NCBI RefSeq assembly: GCF_965641715.1
Contig: NZ_OZ282453.1
DNA length: 64,000 nt
Reading direction: 5' to 3' (one strand)
From: Escherichia coli
GTDB lineage: Bacteria > Pseudomonadota > Gammaproteobacteria > Enterobacterales > Enterobacteriaceae
Each line of letters begins with the position of its first letter. Within the stretch, counting starts at the first letter, position 1. Position numbers and translations under genes: made by a program. This document shows positions 1 to 10,254 of this stretch, in pieces. A model generated the notes under the pieces. The model had not been told where the DNA came from, searched no databases, and saw nothing but the letters and a program-made list of their open reading frames with translations.

Positions 1-1303
1 CAAACCAGCGAATAAACCAGGCGAAACTGGCGACCGATTCAATCATCAGCAGAATCATGGCGGGCAGCAGGATCCAGTACTCCACTGACAACGCAAAACC
101 GGCAGCAAACAGCGGGAATTTACTGAAGAAGCCGTTGAACGGCGGTACGCCGGTAATCGCCAGCGCTGCCACGCAGAAACCCACGCCTGGCAACGGCAGG
201 GTGTGCAATACGCCACGCAGACGCGGCAACAAGCGCGTGCCGCAGCTGTAACTCAGCGCACCTGCTACAAGGAAAAACAGGCTTTTAGCGAACGCGTGGT
301 TGACGATGTAGGCGATGCTACCCTCCAGCGCCAGCCGCGAGCCGAAGATGGAGAGCGACAAGCCGAAGAACATCCAGCCAAGTTGAGTGATGGTCGACCA
401 GGCCAGCAACCGCTTCATATCCTGCTGTGGCAAATACATCAGAAATCCATAAAGAATGGTGACCAGGGCCATGACCATGCCAACGCCGCCAATCACATGC
501 GGGATATTGCCGCCGTCGATAATGGCGCGGGCAAAAATGTAAACGCCCACTTTCACCATCGATGCGGCGTGGAGATAGGCGCTGATCGGTGTTGGCGCTT
601 CCATTGCGTCCGGTAGCCACGCTTGCATCGGTAGCTGGGCCGATTTCCCCCACGCGGCAAACAGGATGCCGCCATAAACCAGATAACGTGCGTCGCCGTG
701 TAACTCGCTCATCGCGCTAAGCGCAAACGTTCCGGTCTGCAAAAACAGCGTGGCGGCGGCAAGATACAACCCCAACGAGCCGATATGAGTGATAAGTAAC
801 GCTTTTAGTGCTGAACGCTGTGCTTTATCGCTCTGGTAATAACTGATCAACGCCCAGGAGCAGCCGCCCGTAATTTCAAAAAACAACAACTGACCGAGCA
901 GCGTCGAGGAGAGTACCAGTCCCGCCATCGCGCCGATAAACACCAGCAAAAATGCGTAATAACGATTCGTGCCGTTATGCGGGTGTTCGCGATTTTTATC
1001 CGTCAGATAACCCGTGGAGTAGATCGTGACCAGCAAACCGAGAAACACCACCACAAACAGAATCAGCGTACTCACGCGATCAATGACCAGGCCAAACAAT
1101 GCCACATCCCCCACGTTGACCAACGTCAACGTGACGGCAACTTTATCGGCCTGATAAAACGCGGAGATCAGTGACAACATGCACAGCGTGGTCAGCGCGG
1201 CGAACAAAACCCCCCATTCGGCGGCCCGACGTTGTGGCGAAAACGAAACGACCAGTGCGCCGATAAAAGGCAGCATTAACGTCGTCAGAGCAAGATTTTC
1301 CAT
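1..1303 (-). CDS. hyfD: Hydrogenase-4 membrane subunit HyfD (NuoL/M-type); C-terminal part lies beyond the window edge
   Basis: Minus-strand ATG at 1303-1301 gives MENLALTTLMLPFIGALVVSFSPQRRAAEWG and stays open to position 1. It is absent from the ORF track only because no stop lies in the window. It follows hyfC as in the hyf operon. Confidence 0.85.
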   Translation of the reverse strand, partial: MENLALTTLMLPFIGALVVSFSPQRRAAEWGVLFAALTTLCMLSLISAFYQADKVAVTLTLVNVGDVALFGLVIDRVSTLILFVVVFLGLLVTIYSTGYLTDKNREHPHNGTNRYYAFLLVFIGAMAGLVLSSTLLGQLLFFEITGGCSWALISYYQSDKAQRSALKALLITHIGSLGLYLAAATLFLQTGTFALSAMSELHGDARYLVYGGILFAAWGKSAQLPMQAWLPDAMEAPTPISAYLHAASMVKVGVYIFARAIIDGGNIPHVIGGVGMVMALVTILYGFLMYLPQQDMKRLLAWSTITQLGWMFFGLSLSIFGSRLALEGSIAYIVNHAFAKSLFFLVAGALSYSCGTRLLPRLRGVLHTLPLPGVGFCVAALAITGVPPFNGFFSKFPLFAAGFALSVEYWILLPAMILLMIESVASFAWFIRWF

Positions 1304-1319
1304 ATTCCGTCAGTGCTCC

Positions 1320-2267
1320 TTACAGACCGGTTAACCAGAAGACCCATGCAAGCGCAGCAAGGCTGAAGCCAAGCCAGGTCACATGGTGAATGAGTAAAAA
1401 ACGCCCGCGTGCCAGCGTGTTTTCTGCGATTGAGGCCAGTACAAAAATCAGCAACACCTTGAGCAGCGTAACGACAAGTGAAGTCAGCAGGCAGGCGAGA
1501 GAAAGTTCTTGCGCGCGCCCAAAGGGCAGAAACAGGGCCACAAACAGTGCTGCCATCACGACCTGTTTCAGCCCCAGCCCCCATTTCGCCAGCGCCAGCC
1601 CGGCACCGGAATATTCTGTCAGCGGGCCTTCCTGTAATTCCTGTTCTGCTTCAGCAACATCAAAGGGAATTTTTCCCATCTCAATGAAGCAGGCAAAACC
1701 ACAGGCCAGTAACGCCAGTACGGTGGTTAGCGGCGAGTTCCAGCCCATCGCCAGCGTATTGCTGATCATCTCGATATGCGTGGAATCCGCTATCAGCGCC
1801 AATACCAGCAGTGAGAGAATGAGCATGGGTTCGACCAGAATGCCGAGCGTCAACTCGCGACTGGCACCGACTCCCGCAAACGGGCTTCCGGTATCCAGCC
1901 CTGAAAGAGCAAAGAAAAAACGAAACAGGGCAAGAAGATAGATAAGGGTGATCAGATCGCCGCCGCCCGCAAAAGGGGAAACGGTAATAAATAGTGGTAG
2001 GGCCATCGCCAGCACCAGCATGCTGCTGATTAATACCCACGGCATCAGGCGGAACATCAGACCTGAAGATATAGGCGCAACTTCCTGCCGTTTAAACAGT
2101 TTGTGGATATCGCGATAATCCTGCCAGATCCCCGGCCCGCGGCGGGAGTGCATACGCGCGCGTATCTGCCGGGAAATACCCGTAAAAAGCGGGGTTAGCA
2201 TCAGCAGAATCACGGCCTGTGCTAACGCAAAAATGACCAGATATCCGTCGCAAAGAGTTTGTCTCAT
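1320..2267 (-). CDS. hyfC: Hydrogenase-4 membrane subunit HyfC (NuoH-like)
   Basis: ORF 1320-2288. Start moved to Met8 (MRQTLCDGYLVIFALAQ), giving 315 aa. Polytopic membrane protein; overlaps the hyfB stop. Confidence 0.9.
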   Translation of the reverse strand: MRQTLCDGYLVIFALAQAVILLMLTPLFTGISRQIRARMHSRRGPGIWQDYRDIHKLFKRQEVAPISSGLMFRLMPWVLISSMLVLAMALPLFITVSPFAGGGDLITLIYLLALFRFFFALSGLDTGSPFAGVGASRELTLGILVEPMLILSLLVLALIADSTHIEMISNTLAMGWNSPLTTVLALLACGFACFIEMGKIPFDVAEAEQELQEGPLTEYSGAGLALAKWGLGLKQVVMAALFVALFLPFGRAQELSLACLLTSLVVTLLKVLLIFVLASIAENTLARGRFLLIHHVTWLGFSLAALAWVFWLTGL

Positions 2268-2277
2268 GGTGATTTCC

Positions 2278-4296
2278 TTAGACGGCAATAGCGATTAGCA
2301 GCACAACCAGTGCGGCAACCACATACAGGCAATAGAGACGAAAGTCGCCGCTTTGCAGATGCTGTATTTCTTTGGCCAGCCGTTGGGTGGCGCTCACGAT
2401 GGGGCGGATCACCCGCTCATCCCAGAAGGGTTCTGTGCTCTGAGCCCTGGCGGTGACGTGCGCAAGACCTTTATTTAGCCTCAGCGTAGGGTCGAGCTGT
2501 TGTCGTAGACGAAATAGCGCAGAGAAGACCACACGCAGCGGCTGCATCACGCCATTGCCTGACGGGGCCATCGCATTTTCCCAGCCGTAGCCGCATGCCC
2601 AGGCATCTCCTGTGCGACGAAACGCTGCGCGGCGCGAACGACACCACAGCCAGTAAAGGCCAGGCAGCAAAGGCATCGCCAGTAGTAACAGCAACAGTAA
2701 TGAGGGAGTGACCCGTGTATGAAACGTGCCGGGTACAAGTGCTATTCCGCTGGCGACAGTGACGGGAGGGGTATCGGTAAAGGCATGGGCAATATGCATT
2801 ATCTTCGGTGCCAGCCAACTGGCACTAAGCGCAATTAATACGCAGAGTGCCGCGAGCAGTAGCATGGCGACGATCATCGTATTTGGCACTTCCTGTGCCT
2901 CTTCAGCGTGTGTACTGCGCGGCGCACCACAGAAAGTAATACCGTACATTTTGACGAAGCACATTACTGCCAGCCCACCAGTGACTGCCAGCATCACCAT
3001 AGCAATAGGACCCGCAAGTTGTAGCGCTACGGCTTCCACACGACTTAGTGAGAACAGCGACTGCCAGGTGTACCATTCGCTGATAAAACCATTCAGCGGA
3101 GGAAGGGCTGATATCGCGAGGCAACCAATCAGGCATGCTGCGGCTGTCCACGGCATCCGTTTCGCCAGTGCCCCCATTTTTTCCATGTCGTGGGTATGCA
3201 AACGCGAAATAATCGCGCCCGCGCCGAGAAATAGCAGCCCTTTGAACAGCGCATGGTTGAGCAGATGAAACAGTGCGCCGAGCAGTCCAACCACGGTGAG
3301 CAGCGGGTCGTGCAGTGACAGACCGACCATCGCCACACCGACTGCCAGCAAAATAATGCCGACGTTTTCGACGGTACTCCAGGCCAGCAGCCGTTTGATA
3401 TCCTGTTCCGCCAGCGCATACAGCACGCCCAGGAGCGCGGAGATTGCGCCGATCGCCATCACCAGAATGCCCCACCACAGCGGCAAACCCGTTTGCGCCA
3501 GCAGATCCATCGCCACTTTCAGGATGCCGAAAATACCGATTTTGACCATTACGCCAGACATCAACGCCGAAGCGTGCGATGGTGCGGCAGGGTGAGCGCG
3601 CGGCAACCAGCTGTGCAACGGCATCATCCCGGCTTTCGCGCCAAAACCGAAAAAGGCCAGCAGGAACACCGCCGACGCCAGCCCCGGAGAAAGTGAAAGC
3701 GTGCGGAAACTGGCAAAATCGAGGCTGCCGCTTTCGCGCCCCATCAGCAAGAAGGCGATCATAATCAGCACCGATCCGGCGTGGGCGATAAAAAAGTAGA
3801 GCATGCCAGCGTTGATTGACGTTTTATCCTGCCTGGCAATGACCAGAAACCAGGAAGACAGCGACATCATTTCAAACAGCACGATGAACCAAAAAGCGTT
3901 GTCCATCACCAGCAGGGCAACCATCGATGCGATAAAAAGATTCATAAAGAAGCCCATCGCCGCCGCGCCTTTGCCCTCGTATTCGCGCATATAAGTCAAT
4001 GAATAGAGCGAACAAACCACCACAAGCAAGGAGATAACCAGCACCATAAATGCCGAGAGACTATCCATTCGCAGGGTTAAATCGGCAAAGTCAAAAGGGG
4101 TGGCAAAACGGGCGACTAAAGTTACGCCTGCATGTAATTGCGTAATTCCGCTGATGATGCCAATCACGCCGCCCACCAGCGATGTGATGGCGGAAAGCTT
4201 AATAGCCAGTCTGTCCAGACCGAGTAAAAACAGCGAAGCCAGACTGGCAAACAGATAGAGGATCAGCGACCAGGTTAATAATTGCAGGGCATCCAT
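2278..4296 (-). CDS. hyfB: Hydrogenase-4 membrane subunit HyfB (NuoL-like)
   Basis: 672-aa ORF MDALQLLTWSLILYLF; highly hydrophobic antiporter-like protein; ATGA overlap with hyfA. Confidence 0.93.
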   Translation of the reverse strand: MDALQLLTWSLILYLFASLASLFLLGLDRLAIKLSAITSLVGGVIGIISGITQLHAGVTLVARFATPFDFADLTLRMDSLSAFMVLVISLLVVVCSLYSLTYMREYEGKGAAAMGFFMNLFIASMVALLVMDNAFWFIVLFEMMSLSSWFLVIARQDKTSINAGMLYFFIAHAGSVLIMIAFLLMGRESGSLDFASFRTLSLSPGLASAVFLLAFFGFGAKAGMMPLHSWLPRAHPAAPSHASALMSGVMVKIGIFGILKVAMDLLAQTGLPLWWGILVMAIGAISALLGVLYALAEQDIKRLLAWSTVENVGIILLAVGVAMVGLSLHDPLLTVVGLLGALFHLLNHALFKGLLFLGAGAIISRLHTHDMEKMGALAKRMPWTAAACLIGCLAISALPPLNGFISEWYTWQSLFSLSRVEAVALQLAGPIAMVMLAVTGGLAVMCFVKMYGITFCGAPRSTHAEEAQEVPNTMIVAMLLLAALCVLIALSASWLAPKIMHIAHAFTDTPPVTVASGIALVPGTFHTRVTPSLLLLLLLAMPLLPGLYWLWCRSRRAAFRRTGDAWACGYGWENAMAPSGNGVMQPLRVVFSALFRLRQQLDPTLRLNKGLAHVTARAQSTEPFWDERVIRPIVSATQRLAKEIQHLQSGDFRLYCLYVVAALVVLLIAIAV

Positions 4297-4913
4297 TAGC
4301 GTTGCTCCTGAGTGAGGGAAAGGGGATCCTCCCCGCCATTGGCAAACCAGCTTGCGGCAAGGCGCTGTTTTTCTTTCATCTGACGTTGCAGGCTATCGTC
4401 GGTGATCAGCCGTAACGCCTGATTCGGGCAAGCGCGAACGCAGGCCGGACCTTGTGGCAAGAAATCACACAGGTCGCATTTCACCGCGACGGTCTGGACA
4501 CCCGGTTCCCAGCGCAGCAAAGCATGTTGTGTTGGCGCGTTTTCTTCGCCGTCTTTGAGTGAGCCCTCAGCCTGAAAAACATATTGCGCAGGGGCATTCA
4601 CCGGACGGCTTCCTGAAGCGCTGATTGCGCCAAATGGGCAGACTACGGCGCAAAGCTTGCAGCCAATACAGAGGCTTTCGTTGAGTTGGATCGCATCATC
4701 CCTCGGGGAGATGGCATTGACCGGGCAGACCTGCAGGCAAGGGGCTTCCTCACAGTGATGACACACGACAGGGGCAGTGAGTGTTGACGTCTTCGCCAGG
4801 GCCAGGCGCGGGTGTTGCTGTAAACCTTGCGTTTTATGCACGTCCGAACAGGCAGCGAGACAGGTATTACATCCTGTACACCACAGTGGTTCGGCCACCA
4901 CAAAGCGGTTCAT
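4296..4913 (-). CDS. hyfA: Hydrogenase-4 4Fe-4S ferredoxin-type subunit HyfA
   Basis: ORF 4296-4952. Start moved to Met14 (MNRFVVAEPLWCTGCNTC), which has an AAGGAG RBS, giving 205 aa. Four CxxCxxCxxxC clusters. Confidence 0.92.
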   Translation of the reverse strand: MNRFVVAEPLWCTGCNTCLAACSDVHKTQGLQQHPRLALAKTSTLTAPVVCHHCEEAPCLQVCPVNAISPRDDAIQLNESLCIGCKLCAVVCPFGAISASGSRPVNAPAQYVFQAEGSLKDGEENAPTQHALLRWEPGVQTVAVKCDLCDFLPQGPACVRACPNQALRLITDDSLQRQMKEKQRLAASWFANGGEDPLSLTQEQR

Positions 4914-4954
4914 GTCGGCTCCTTGAAAATGATATGAAACATTGCGTTTCATAT

Positions 4955-4970
4955 TGCATAAAGGATGCCA
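4955..4970 (-). promoter_or_regulatory. Sigma-54 (-24/-12) promoter of the hyf operon
   Basis: Minus strand reads CTGGCATCCTTTATGCAA (GG-N10-GC), about 40 nt upstream of the hyfA ATG. hyf is known to be sigma-54/HyfR dependent. Confidence 0.6.
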
Positions 4971-5165
4971 GTCTGATTAATTTAATATATTCAATAAGTT
5001 ATGAATTAACTGGATTCTGAACGGTACAAAAATGATGGTCATTAACGTTCAGCAAAAAATGGATTCGACACCCGTGTCGCAGGGGAAAGTGAGAATGTGA
5101 TCTTGGTCACGAGAAGTGAGGTGTGCTGACCACAAGCGCAGCCAGCACGGAATGGAGCAAAGTAA

Positions 5166-5636
5166 TCAGGCGTGTTCTTTCAACCAGTTCAGCACAACGT
5201 CGTGGTGATTGCTGGTTTTGAAATCGTCAAAGACATGTTCGATTTTGCCATCAGCGTCAATCAGGAAGCTGATGCGATGAATACCATCGTAGGTTTTGCC
5301 CATGAAGGACTTTTCACCCCAGACGCCGAATTGTTCGCACACCTGGTGGTCCTCATCAGACAGGAGCGTAAAGTTAAGCAGCTCTTTTTCCGCAAAACGG
5401 GAGAGTTTTTCGGGTTTATCGGTGCTGATACCCAGCACATCAACGCCCGCTTTTTTCAACTCATCCATGTTATCGCGTAAGCCGCAGGCCTGTACGGTAC
5501 AGCCGGGGGTCATGGCTTTCGGGTAGAAATAAACCAGAACACGCTGTCCCTGGAAGTCGGTCAAATTAACTTGTTCTCCGTCTTGATCCGGCAAGCTAAA
5601 TTTCGGTGCGATATCACCGGCTTTCAGTGGATTCAT
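5166..5636 (-). CDS. bcp: Thiol peroxidase (bacterioferritin comigratory protein, peroxiredoxin)
   Basis: 156 aa, MNPLKAGDIAPKFSLPDQDGEQVNL...PGCTVQACG peroxiredoxin motif. Confidence 0.95.
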   Translation of the reverse strand: MNPLKAGDIAPKFSLPDQDGEQVNLTDFQGQRVLVYFYPKAMTPGCTVQACGLRDNMDELKKAGVDVLGISTDKPEKLSRFAEKELLNFTLLSDEDHQVCEQFGVWGEKSFMGKTYDGIHRISFLIDADGKIEHVFDDFKTSNHHDVVLNWLKEHA

Positions 5637-6208
5637 TACTTAACTCCATCCTGTTCATCATGTTGGGAATAATTGACGACGTTAATACTGCCTTGTGCAT
5701 TGAGTTCTGTACATAGGGCTTTGAACGCTTGCTCAATATTTGCTGCGTCCGCAGATGCGGGGCTGTGGGCAGTAATCTGAATATGCAACTGCGCAGCCCG
5801 TTCATTTTCAGCAGGTTGTGTGCGCGACACCAGCTCCGCAATGTTCATATGATGCGTGTCGAAAAGTGCTGTGAAGCGTTCAATTAAATGCGGGGAGTCT
5901 GCCACATCGACCTGAACCCAGACAGATGCTGGCATTGGCGGACGCGGACGCGCCGTCGTGCGCTTCATCACGATTAAAAGATCCAGTTCGGCACCTTTCA
6001 ACGGTAACGTTGATTCAATCAGAGTAATGGCATTCCATGAACCGGAAAGCAGCATGATAAACGTGAACTCTTCTCCCAGCATCGCCAGGCGACTGTCTTC
6101 AATATTACAGCCGCAACTACTGACATGACGGGTGATGGTGTTCACAATTCCAGGGCGATCGGCACCCAACGCAGTGATCACCAGATAATGTTGCGATGAC
6201 AGTGTCAA
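5636..6208 (-). CDS. gcvR: Glycine cleavage system transcriptional repressor GcvR
   Basis: ORF 5636-6274. The in-frame TTG at 6208-6206 gives (M)TLSSQHYLVITALGADRPGIV, 190 aa, with tandem ACT-like domains. Confidence 0.85.
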   Translation of the reverse strand: MTLSSQHYLVITALGADRPGIVNTITRHVSSCGCNIEDSRLAMLGEEFTFIMLLSGSWNAITLIESTLPLKGAELDLLIVMKRTTARPRPPMPASVWVQVDVADSPHLIERFTALFDTHHMNIAELVSRTQPAENERAAQLHIQITAHSPASADAANIEQAFKALCTELNAQGSINVVNYSQHDEQDGVK

Positions 6209-6353
6209 ACTGGTTATTCCTTTAAGGGGTGAGTTGTTCTTAAGGAAAGCATAAAAAAAACATGCATACAACAATCAGAACGGTTCTGTCTGCTTGCTTT
6301 TAATGCCATACCAAACGTACCATTGAGACACTTGTTTGCACAGAGGATGGCCC

Positions 6354-7232
6354 ATGTTCACGGGAAGTATTGTCGCGATTGTTACTCCGATGGATGAAAA
6401 AGGTAATGTCTGTCGGGCTAGCTTGAAAAAACTGATTGATTATCATGTCGCCAGCGGTACTTCGGCGATCGTTTCTGTTGGCACCACTGGCGAGTCCGCT
6501 ACCTTAAATCATGACGAACATGCTGATGTGGTGATGATGACGCTGGAGCTGGCTGACGGGCGCATTCCGGTGATTGCCGGGACCGGTGCTAACGCTACTG
6601 CGGAAGCCATTAGCCTGACGCAGCGCTTCAATGACAGTGGTATCGTCGGCTGCCTGACGGTAACCCCTTACTACAATCGTCCGTCGCAAGAAGGTTTGTA
6701 TCAGCATTTCAAAGCCATCGCTGAGCATACTGACCTGCCGCAAATTCTGTATAATGTGCCGTCCCGTACTGGCTGCGATCTGCTCCCGGAAACGGTGGGC
6801 CGTCTGGCGAAAGTAAAAAATATTATCGGAATCAAAGAGGCAACAGGGAACTTAACGCGTGTAAACCAGATCAAAGAGCTGGTTTCAGATGATTTTGTTC
6901 TGCTGAGCGGCGATGATGCGAGCGCGCTGGACTTCATGCAATTAGGCGGTCATGGGGTTATTTCCGTTACGGCTAACGTCGCAGCGCGTGATATGGCCCA
7001 GATGTGCAAACTGGCAGCAGAAGGGCATTTTGCCGAGGCACGCGTTATTAATCAGCGTCTGATGCCATTACACAACAAACTATTTGTCGAACCCAATCCA
7101 ATCCCGGTGAAATGGGCATGTAAGGAACTGGGTCTTGTGGCGACCGATACGCTGCGCCTGCCAATGACACCAATCACCGACAGTGGTCGTGAGACGGTCA
7201 GAGCGGCGCTTAAGCATGCCGGTTTGCTGTAA
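6354..7232 (+). CDS. dapA: 4-hydroxy-tetrahydrodipicolinate synthase
   Basis: ORF 6336-7232; start at Met7 ([19 protein letters not shown]), 292 aa. Confidence 0.95.
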   Translation: MFTGSIVAIVTPMDEKGNVCRASLKKLIDYHVASGTSAIVSVGTTGESATLNHDEHADVVMMTLELADGRIPVIAGTGANATAEAISLTQRFNDSGIVGCLTVTPYYNRPSQEGLYQHFKAIAEHTDLPQILYNVPSRTGCDLLPETVGRLAKVKNIIGIKEATGNLTRVNQIKELVSDDFVLLSGDDASALDFMQLGGHGVISVTANVAARDMAQMCKLAAEGHFAEARVINQRLMPLHNKLFVEPNPIPVKWACKELGLVATDTLRLPMTPITDSGRETVRAALKHAGLL

Positions 7233-7248
7233 AGTTTAGGGAGATTTG

Positions 7249-8283
7249 ATGGCTTACTCTGTTCAAAAGTCGCGCCTGGCAAAGGTTGCGGGTGTTTCGC
7301 TTGTTTTATTACTCGCTGCCTGTAGTTCTGACTCACGCTATAAGCGTCAGGTCAGTGGTGATGAAGCCTACCTGGAAGCGGCACCGCTTGCGGAGCTTCA
7401 TGCCCCGGCTGGAATGATTTTGCCGGTGACCTCCGGTGATTATGCAATCCCGGTGACCAACGGTAGTGGTGCTGTCGGTAAGGCGCTGGACATTCGTCCA
7501 CCAGCCCAGCCGCTGGCACTGGTTTCTGGCGCGCGTACCCAGTTCACGGGCGATACCGCTTCATTGCTGGTGGAAAATGGTCGTGGCAATACTCTGTGGC
7601 CGCAGGTGGTTAGCGTGCTGCAGGCGAAAAACTACACCATCACCCAACGTGATGATGCTGGTCAGACACTGACCACCGATTGGGTACAATGGAACCGTCT
7701 GGACGAAGACGAGCAGTATCGTGGTCGTTATCAAATCTCTGTTAAGCCGCAGGGTTATCAGCAGGCGGTTACGGTTAAACTGCTGAACCTGGAACAGGCG
7801 GGCAAACCGGTTGCAGACGCGGCTTCCATGCAGCGTTACAGCACGGAGATGATGAACGTTATTTCCGCCGGTCTGGATAAATCTGCCACTGACGCCGCGA
7901 ACGCTGCGCAAAATCGTGCCTCCACCACTATGGACGTACAAAGTGCAGCTGATGACACCGGTTTACCAATGCTGGTCGTACGCGGGCCGTTCAATGTGGT
8001 TTGGCAACGTCTGCCAGCGGCGCTGGAAAAAGTGGGCATGAAAGTGACCGACAGCACCCGTTCGCAGGGCAACATGGCCGTAACTTATAAGCCGCTGTCT
8101 GACAGCGACTGGCAGGAACTGGGCGCGAGCGATCCAGGCCTGGCATCCGGTGACTATAAACTGCAGGTTGGCGATTTAGATAACCGCAGCAGCCTACAGT
8201 TCATCGATCCGAAAGGTCATACTCTGACTCAGAGTCAGAACGACGCGCTGGTAGCTGTCTTCCAGGCTGCGTTTAGCAAGTAA
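7249..8283 (+). CDS. bamC: Outer-membrane assembly lipoprotein BamC (NlpB)
   Basis: [25 protein letters not shown]|SS lipobox; 344 aa; immediately downstream of dapA. Confidence 0.95.
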
Positions 8284-8290
8284 AAATACA

Positions 8291-8317
8291 GGGCTGGAAT
8301 CATCCGGCCCTTTTTTC
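8291..8317 (+). terminator. Rho-independent terminator after bamC
   Basis: gggctgg-aatcat-ccggccc hairpin followed by TTTTTT. Confidence 0.7.
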
Positions 8318-8326
8318 TGATATGAT

Positions 8327-8342
8327 ACGCAAACGTGTGCGT
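8327..8342. promoter_or_regulatory. PurR operator (pur box) upstream of purC
   Basis: ACGCAAACGTGTGCGT matches the palindromic pur-box consensus ACGCAAACGTTTGCGT at 15 of 16 positions. Confidence 0.7.
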
Positions 8343-8388
8343 CGGCAGGAAAACGCGATTTTAGCGGTAATTCGCACGAAATTTGTTT

Positions 8389-8440
<52 letters not shown>

Positions 8441-8495
8441 CACACCAGACAGCAAAAGATTTTAAAACGTTAATTCACACCCAGGAGTGATAAAG

Positions 8496-9209
8496 ATGCA
8501 AAAGCAAGCTGAGTTGTATCGTGGTAAAGCGAAAACCGTATACAGCACGGAAAACCCGGACCTGTTGGTGCTCGAATTCCGCAATGATACGTCAGCAGGG
8601 GATGGCGCGCGCATTGAGCAGTTTGATCGCAAAGGTATGGTGAACAACAAGTTCAACTACTTCATTATGAGCAAACTGGCTGAAGCGGGTATCCCGACTC
8701 AAATGGAGCGTCTGCTCTCCGATACCGAATGTCTGGTGAAAAAGCTGGATATGGTACCGGTTGAGTGTGTCGTGCGTAACCGTGCTGCGGGCTCTCTGGT
8801 GAAACGTCTTGGAATCGAAGAAGGTATTGAGCTGAACCCGCCGCTGTTCGATCTGTTCCTGAAAAACGACGCCATGCACGATCCGATGGTCAACGAATCT
8901 TACTGCGAAACCTTTGGCTGGGTGAGCAAAGAGAACCTGGCGCGTATGAAAGAGCTGACCTACAAAGCGAACGACGTGCTGAAAAAACTGTTCGATGATG
9001 CTGGTCTGATTCTGGTCGACTTCAAGCTGGAATTTGGTCTGTACAAAGGCGAAGTGGTACTGGGTGATGAGTTCTCCCCGGACGGTAGCCGCCTGTGGGA
9101 CAAAGAAACACTGGAGAAAATGGACAAAGACCGTTTCCGCCAGAGCCTCGGTGGCCTGATCGAGGCCTATGAAGCCGTCGCCCGCCGCCTGGGTGTACAG
9201 CTGGACTGA
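8496..9209 (+). CDS. purC: SAICAR synthetase
   Basis: ORF 8487-9209; start at Met4 ([24 protein letters not shown]), 237 aa. Confidence 0.95.
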
Positions 9210-9376
9210 TTTTTCTGTTCATCATCTTGCCGTGCTGCTGGCACGGCAAGACAACCATTCTCGTAAGATGTGCAATGAACGCTCATTCCTCCGCCATTTC
9301 ATCCCGCTTTCCTGTGGTAATCTTCCTCTGAACCACCTACGATCATTTCTATAATGAATATATTGTTGAGGTATCT

Positions 9377-10240
9377 ATGCGTTGGCAAGGGCGACGTGAA
9401 AGTGACAATGTTGAAGACAGGCGCAACAGCTCTGGTGGTCCGTCTATGGGCGGTCCCGGTTTTCGCCTGCCGAGCGGTAAAGGCGGGCTGATTTTACTGA
9501 TAGTCGTGCTGGTTGCAGGCTACTATGGCGTTGATTTAACCGGGTTGATGACCGGACAGCCGGTTTCCCAACAGCAATCAACGCGGTCAATTAGCCCAAA
9601 TGAAGACGAAGCCGCAAAATTCACCTCGGTGATTCTGGCAACTACGGAAGACACCTGGGGACAGCAGTTCGAGAAGATGGGTAAAACCTATCAGCAACCG
9701 AAGCTGGTCATGTACCGTGGAATGACGCGTACCGGCTGCGGGGCGGGCCAGTCCATAATGGGGCCATTCTATTGCCCGGCGGATGGCACGGTTTATATCG
9801 ATCTCTCCTTCTATGATGACATGAAAGACAAACTTGGCGCGGATGGCGATTTTGCCCAGGGGTACGTTATCGCCCATGAAGTCGGTCATCATGTGCAGAA
9901 ACTGTTAGGCATCGAGCCGAAAGTTCGTCAACTGCAACAAAACGCGACGCAGGCGGAAGTGAACCGCTTATCTGTGCGTATGGAACTCCAGGCCGACTGT
10001 TTTGCCGGTGTCTGGGGGCATAGTATGCAGCAGCAAGGCGTTCTGGAAACCGGCGATCTGGAAGAGGCGCTGAACGCGGCGCAGGCCATCGGCGATGACC
10101 GTTTACAACAGCAAAGTCAGGGGCGAGTAGTACCAGACAGTTTCACTCATGGCACTTCTCAGCAACGCTACAGCTGGTTTAAACGTGGTTTCGACAGCGG
10201 CGATCCGGCACAATGCAATACTTTTGGTAAAAGCATTTAA
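9377..10240 (+). CDS. ypfJ: Predicted neutral zinc metallopeptidase, membrane anchored
   Basis: 287 aa, N-terminal TM helix, HEVGHH (HExxH) motif. Confidence 0.9.
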
Positions 10241-10254
10241 CTTCCGGGGCAGGG